Position numbers and translations under genes: made by a program
Notes under the pieces: generated by a model
Seen by the model: only the letters and a program-made list of their open reading frames with translations
Databases searched by the model: none
Told to the model about the DNA's origin: nothing
In this document: positions 61,570 through 64,000 of the stretch, piece after piece
How positions within the stretch are numbered: position 1 is the first letter of the stretch
How the letters are laid out: each line of letters opens with the position of its first letter
Assembly (NCBI GenBank): GCA_035651975.1
Contig: DASREQ010000069.1
Span: forward strand, 3,235 to 67,234
DNA length: 64,000 nt
Direction: 5' to 3'
Origin: Candidatus Udaeobacter sp.
GTDB lineage: Bacteria; Verrucomicrobiota; Verrucomicrobiia; Chthoniobacterales; UBA10450

Positions 61570-62739
61570 TCACTTCCGTTCGGCCACGATTAGATTGGCT
61601 TCCTTGTAGTTCCAGCGATAACCGAATCCGAAGTCGAGCGGCGGCGGATTGCCTTGCCTGAAGAGTTCCTGAAGCCTGGGCTGATAATGTTGCTTGAAGA
61701 TATCGAGGGGGCCGACGTAAACGCCAAAAAGACGCAGGCTCCATTTGTTTGGATCGAAATACGCCAGGGGAATTCCAGAGTCGTCCTGCACGATGCGGGT
61801 ACTATGTTCGAGGATGAAATTGCGGATCGTGGCGAAACCCTGCTCAAACATCAGATACGAGGAAGACTTCAGGAAACTCGATCCCATCCCAAGTCGTTGA
61901 CAAAATTTCAAGAAACCGGGCGCGGACTTGATGCCGCCATCGGAAATATCCGTGGTGAAATAATACAAGGTTTGTGCATTGCCCGATTGATTGTCGGTAT
62001 AACGAATTCGCACTCCGGGAGTGCTGCCGCCTTTCTTTCCCGGCGCGGACTCTTCAAATGCGCCGTTGCTGTTGAGCGAGCCAAACGTCACATTTGTTAT
62101 CGACTTGTCGGCGCGTGCGATAAAGACGTAAAGAATCGGCAACACGCCGTTGAGGTTCTGTTGTTGCAGATCGACCTTCATGTCCTTCGTAATGAAGTAG
62201 GTGGTGTTCAGCGACGACCTCATTGCGTTTTCCAGATTTCCCAGCGCACCCGGGAGATTTGCGATGCGCAATGGATCGGGCGGCGGTCCCATCGACTCCT
62301 TCCCGCAAAGCACGTACACCGAGGCGTTGGGGAAAAATTGATCGACGTACAAGAAATCCGGGCCGCTGAACATATAAAATGCAACAGGCGTCGGCTGCAT
62401 TACCTCCGGAAGATTTGTGGCTTCCCACGCATGCAACTTTTGGAGCTGACGCTGGTAAAGCTTGGTGAACTCGCCCTCGAAAAAAGCGGCATGGGCTTGC
62501 CACGCCGGATCGCGTGTGAGTGGCGCGAGCGGAGAATTCTCCGGAACCGGCATCCCGGCAAGGAACCGCGCGATGTCATTAGGGCCTGCCGCGGCCGGGG
62601 CTGCTGGCGTGACGGGAATCGCGCGAGGCACAACCTCCGGATTTTGCTGCGCGTGAGCGCTCACGATGGCTTCGACCGCAAACGCGATGCTAACCAATAA
62701 CATCCGGTGTGCCAGATGGCGGTGCGAAACTCGGAACAT
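61570..62739 (-). CDS. conserved hypothetical secreted protein
   Basis: ATG 62739 gives a clean signal peptide (MFRVSHRHLAHRMLLVSIAFAVEAIVSAHA). The remaining 389 aa have coding-like composition (YMFSGPDFLY, SSSYLMFEQGF, QDDSGIP). Family not recognised. Confidence 0.55.
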   Translation of the reverse strand: MFRVSHRHLAHRMLLVSIAFAVEAIVSAHAQQNPEVVPRAIPVTPAAPAAAGPNDIARFLAGMPVPENSPLAPLTRDPAWQAHAAFFEGEFTKLYQRQLQKLHAWEATNLPEVMQPTPVAFYMFSGPDFLYVDQFFPNASVYVLCGKESMGPPPDPLRIANLPGALGNLENAMRSSLNTTYFITKDMKVDLQQQNLNGVLPILYVFIARADKSITNVTFGSLNSNGAFEESAPGKKGGSTPGVRIRYTDNQSGNAQTLYYFTTDISDGGIKSAPGFLKFCQRLGMGSSFLKSSSYLMFEQGFATIRNFILEHSTRIVQDDSGIPLAYFDPNKWSLRLFGVYVGPLDIFKQHYQPRLQELFRQGNPPPLDFGFGYRWNYKEANLIVAERK

Positions 62740-62846
62740 AGGCATTTTGCCTGTGCGCCCAGCGGGGTTCAAGCCTGCTGCTCCATCTGGAGCGGGCAAC
62801 ATGCCTGCTGGGCGCACGGGCCGCAGGCTGATGTTCCGATCCTTTT

Positions 62847-64000
62847 TCATGCAGAACGTAGCGGCCGCTTTCGCGCGCAGTAGTAAAGCAGCAGGCCAAC
62901 GAAAGCAGTGGCGAGCCCCGCGAGCGATTCAATAGTCTTGGAAAGCAATAGATAACACATCATCCAAAGTGTGAGGACAGCGAAGATAATCGGGGGCAGC
63001 GGATAGGCCCAGACCCGGTAAGGGCGCGCGAGTTTCGGGCGCGTCGCGCGAAGAACCATCACACCCACTACGGTGAACAGCGAACAGAGCAACAAGCTAA
63101 ATTGAGTGTATTGCACCACGCTTTCAAAGCTGCGTGTGAGCAAAAGTACATTCACGATAAGTAATTGCAGCACGATGGCGTTTGTGGGAACGCCGTGAGG
63201 ATTCTTGCGACCAAGCATTCGCAGCAGCCAATGATCTTCGCCCATCGACATGCTGACACGCGGCCCGATCCATGTCATTGAACTAATTGCGGAAACCAGG
63301 CCCAGACAAATGACCGCGCCTGCGACCCGTCCACCGTCCGTTCCAAAAATATGTTTACCAGCAATCAACGCCACCTCCAGTTGACCTTTCAATTCCTGGA
63401 CCGGTGTCGTCGCAAGAAAAACAGCATTGAGAAGCACATAAATCACGATCACAAGCCCGGTCCCCGCCAGCAATGAGCGAGGCACATTTTTTTCCGGCTT
63501 CTTAATTTCTCCTATGATGTAGGCCGCAGCGTTCCAACCCGAGTAGGAGTACATCACGTAAACCAGCGCTACGGCAAACGGCGCGCCGAGGATCGTGGTC
63601 CCATCACCGGGCCCGGGTAAAAAACTGATTGGCTGCCTTGTCTTCACAAACAATCCGGCGGCAATCAGCGCCGCGATCAGAAGCAGTTTCACCAACGTAG
63701 AAAGATTTTGAAACGCACTGCCAACCTGGAGGTTTCCGAGATGAAAAGCTGTTACCACCCAAACAACGACAAATGATACAAGCACCGGCGAACCAGCGCC
63801 GAACACTCCGACAAAATATTTCCCGAACGCCATCGCCGCGAGCGCGATCGGCGCGGCGAATCCAACGGTAGCAGAAACAAATCCCGCCATGAATCCGAGC
63901 GCGGGATGATAGATCTGCGATAGAAAATGGTATTCACCTCCGGAGCGCGGCAGCGCGGCGCTGAGTTCGCCGTAACAAAGTGCGCCGCAAAGCGCCGTGA
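62847..64000 (-). CDS. APC-superfamily amino acid permease (N-terminus outside window)
   Basis: The frame stays open to base 64000 (...CYGELSAALPRSGGEYHFLSQIYHPALGFMAGF...), which is the typical APC N-terminal motif. At least 10 TM segments are visible. Confidence 0.85.
   Translation of the reverse strand, partial: TALCGALCYGELSAALPRSGGEYHFLSQIYHPALGFMAGFVSATVGFAAPIALAAMAFGKYFVGVFGAGSPVLVSFVVVWVVTAFHLGNLQVGSAFQNLSTLVKLLLIAALIAAGLFVKTRQPISFLPGPGDGTTILGAPFAVALVYVMYSYSGWNAAAYIIGEIKKPEKNVPRSLLAGTGLVIVIYVLLNAVFLATTPVQELKGQLEVALIAGKHIFGTDGGRVAGAVICLGLVSAISSMTWIGPRVSMSMGEDHWLLRMLGRKNPHGVPTNAIVLQLLIVNVLLLTRSFESVVQYTQFSLLLCSLFTVVGVMVLRATRPKLARPYRVWAYPLPPIIFAVLTLWMMCYLLLSKTIESLAGLATAFVGLLLYYCARKRPLRSA

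Noticed and set aside
61654-62700. 348-aa plus-strand ORF
   Set aside because: It is antisense to the 61570-62739 gene, which has a proper signal peptide and coding-like composition. The plus-strand product is Arg-rich nonsense.
62740-62850. ATG 62850 overlapping the permease stop (ATGA) as the start of the 426-codon ORF
   Set aside because: The first 37 codons are encoded by a palindromic repeat element. A canonical signal peptide begins at Met 62739, which would be non-functional if buried 38 residues inside the protein.
1-64000. tRNA, rRNA, tmRNA, RNase P or other structured RNA genes
   Set aside because: No cloverleaf-compatible or rRNA-like sequence was noticed in any intergenic region longer than 80 nt. 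This is an eye scan only, so tRNAscan or Infernal should confirm it.

Overview
This is a 64-kb chromosomal window from a diderm bacterium of mid-50s % GC by eye. BamA, Skp, TatC and a prepilin peptidase are present. A UBact-type modifier, a futalosine-pathway gene and repeat-derived peptides suggest Verrucomicrobiota or a related PVC/Nitrospirae-like lineage, but that is inference only. About 68 densely packed protein genes lie on both strands and most are housekeeping. They include thiD (5' truncated), rnc, purD, htrA, pyrR-pyrB-pyrC, an mrp/apbC-type gene and an nfeD-SPFH pair. There is a base-excision-repair cluster (UDG family, fpg) interleaved with DUF488, a THEP1 NTPase and DUF72. Further genes are a split IcmF-type B12 acyl-CoA mutase, an SDR, sodC, a D-amino-acid oxidase, mqnC/E, bamA-skp-DUF3108, two amidases, an ABC exporter, a class III cyclase-TPR protein, folB, argH, a NUDIX hydrolase, tatC, a prepilin peptidase, nagA, an MGDG-synthase-like GT, yihY and an APC permease that runs off the 3' edge. 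I saw no rRNA, tRNA, CRISPR array, transposase, integrase or prophage genes. Six things deserve a second look. (1) A translationally coupled UBact(Pup-like)-prcB-prcA 20S proteasome operon has a 58-codon modifier gene that is easy to miss, and no ligase or ATPase partner occurs anywhere in the window. (2) A family of GTAG-headed REP/REPIN palindromes is present, and several copies sit in frame inside conserved genes (ABC exporter, D-amino-acid oxidase, a kinase, possibly nagA), much like Rickettsia palindromic elements. Three genes take their TAG stop from a REP head. (3) There are 7-nt (GTTGRRC) and 8-nt (CGTTnAAn) tandem arrays. One is in frame inside the icmF N-terminal gene, one abuts the start codon of a glycosyltransferase, and two fill divergent promoter regions. 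(4) An HTTM/SdpB-like plus putative SdpA-like cassette sits behind a small secreted protein. (5) IcmF is split at an A-run with an ATGA overlap. (6) A decayed partial copy of the cyclase-TPR gene lies directly behind its parent. All family assignments come from motif recognition by eye. No database search was run.
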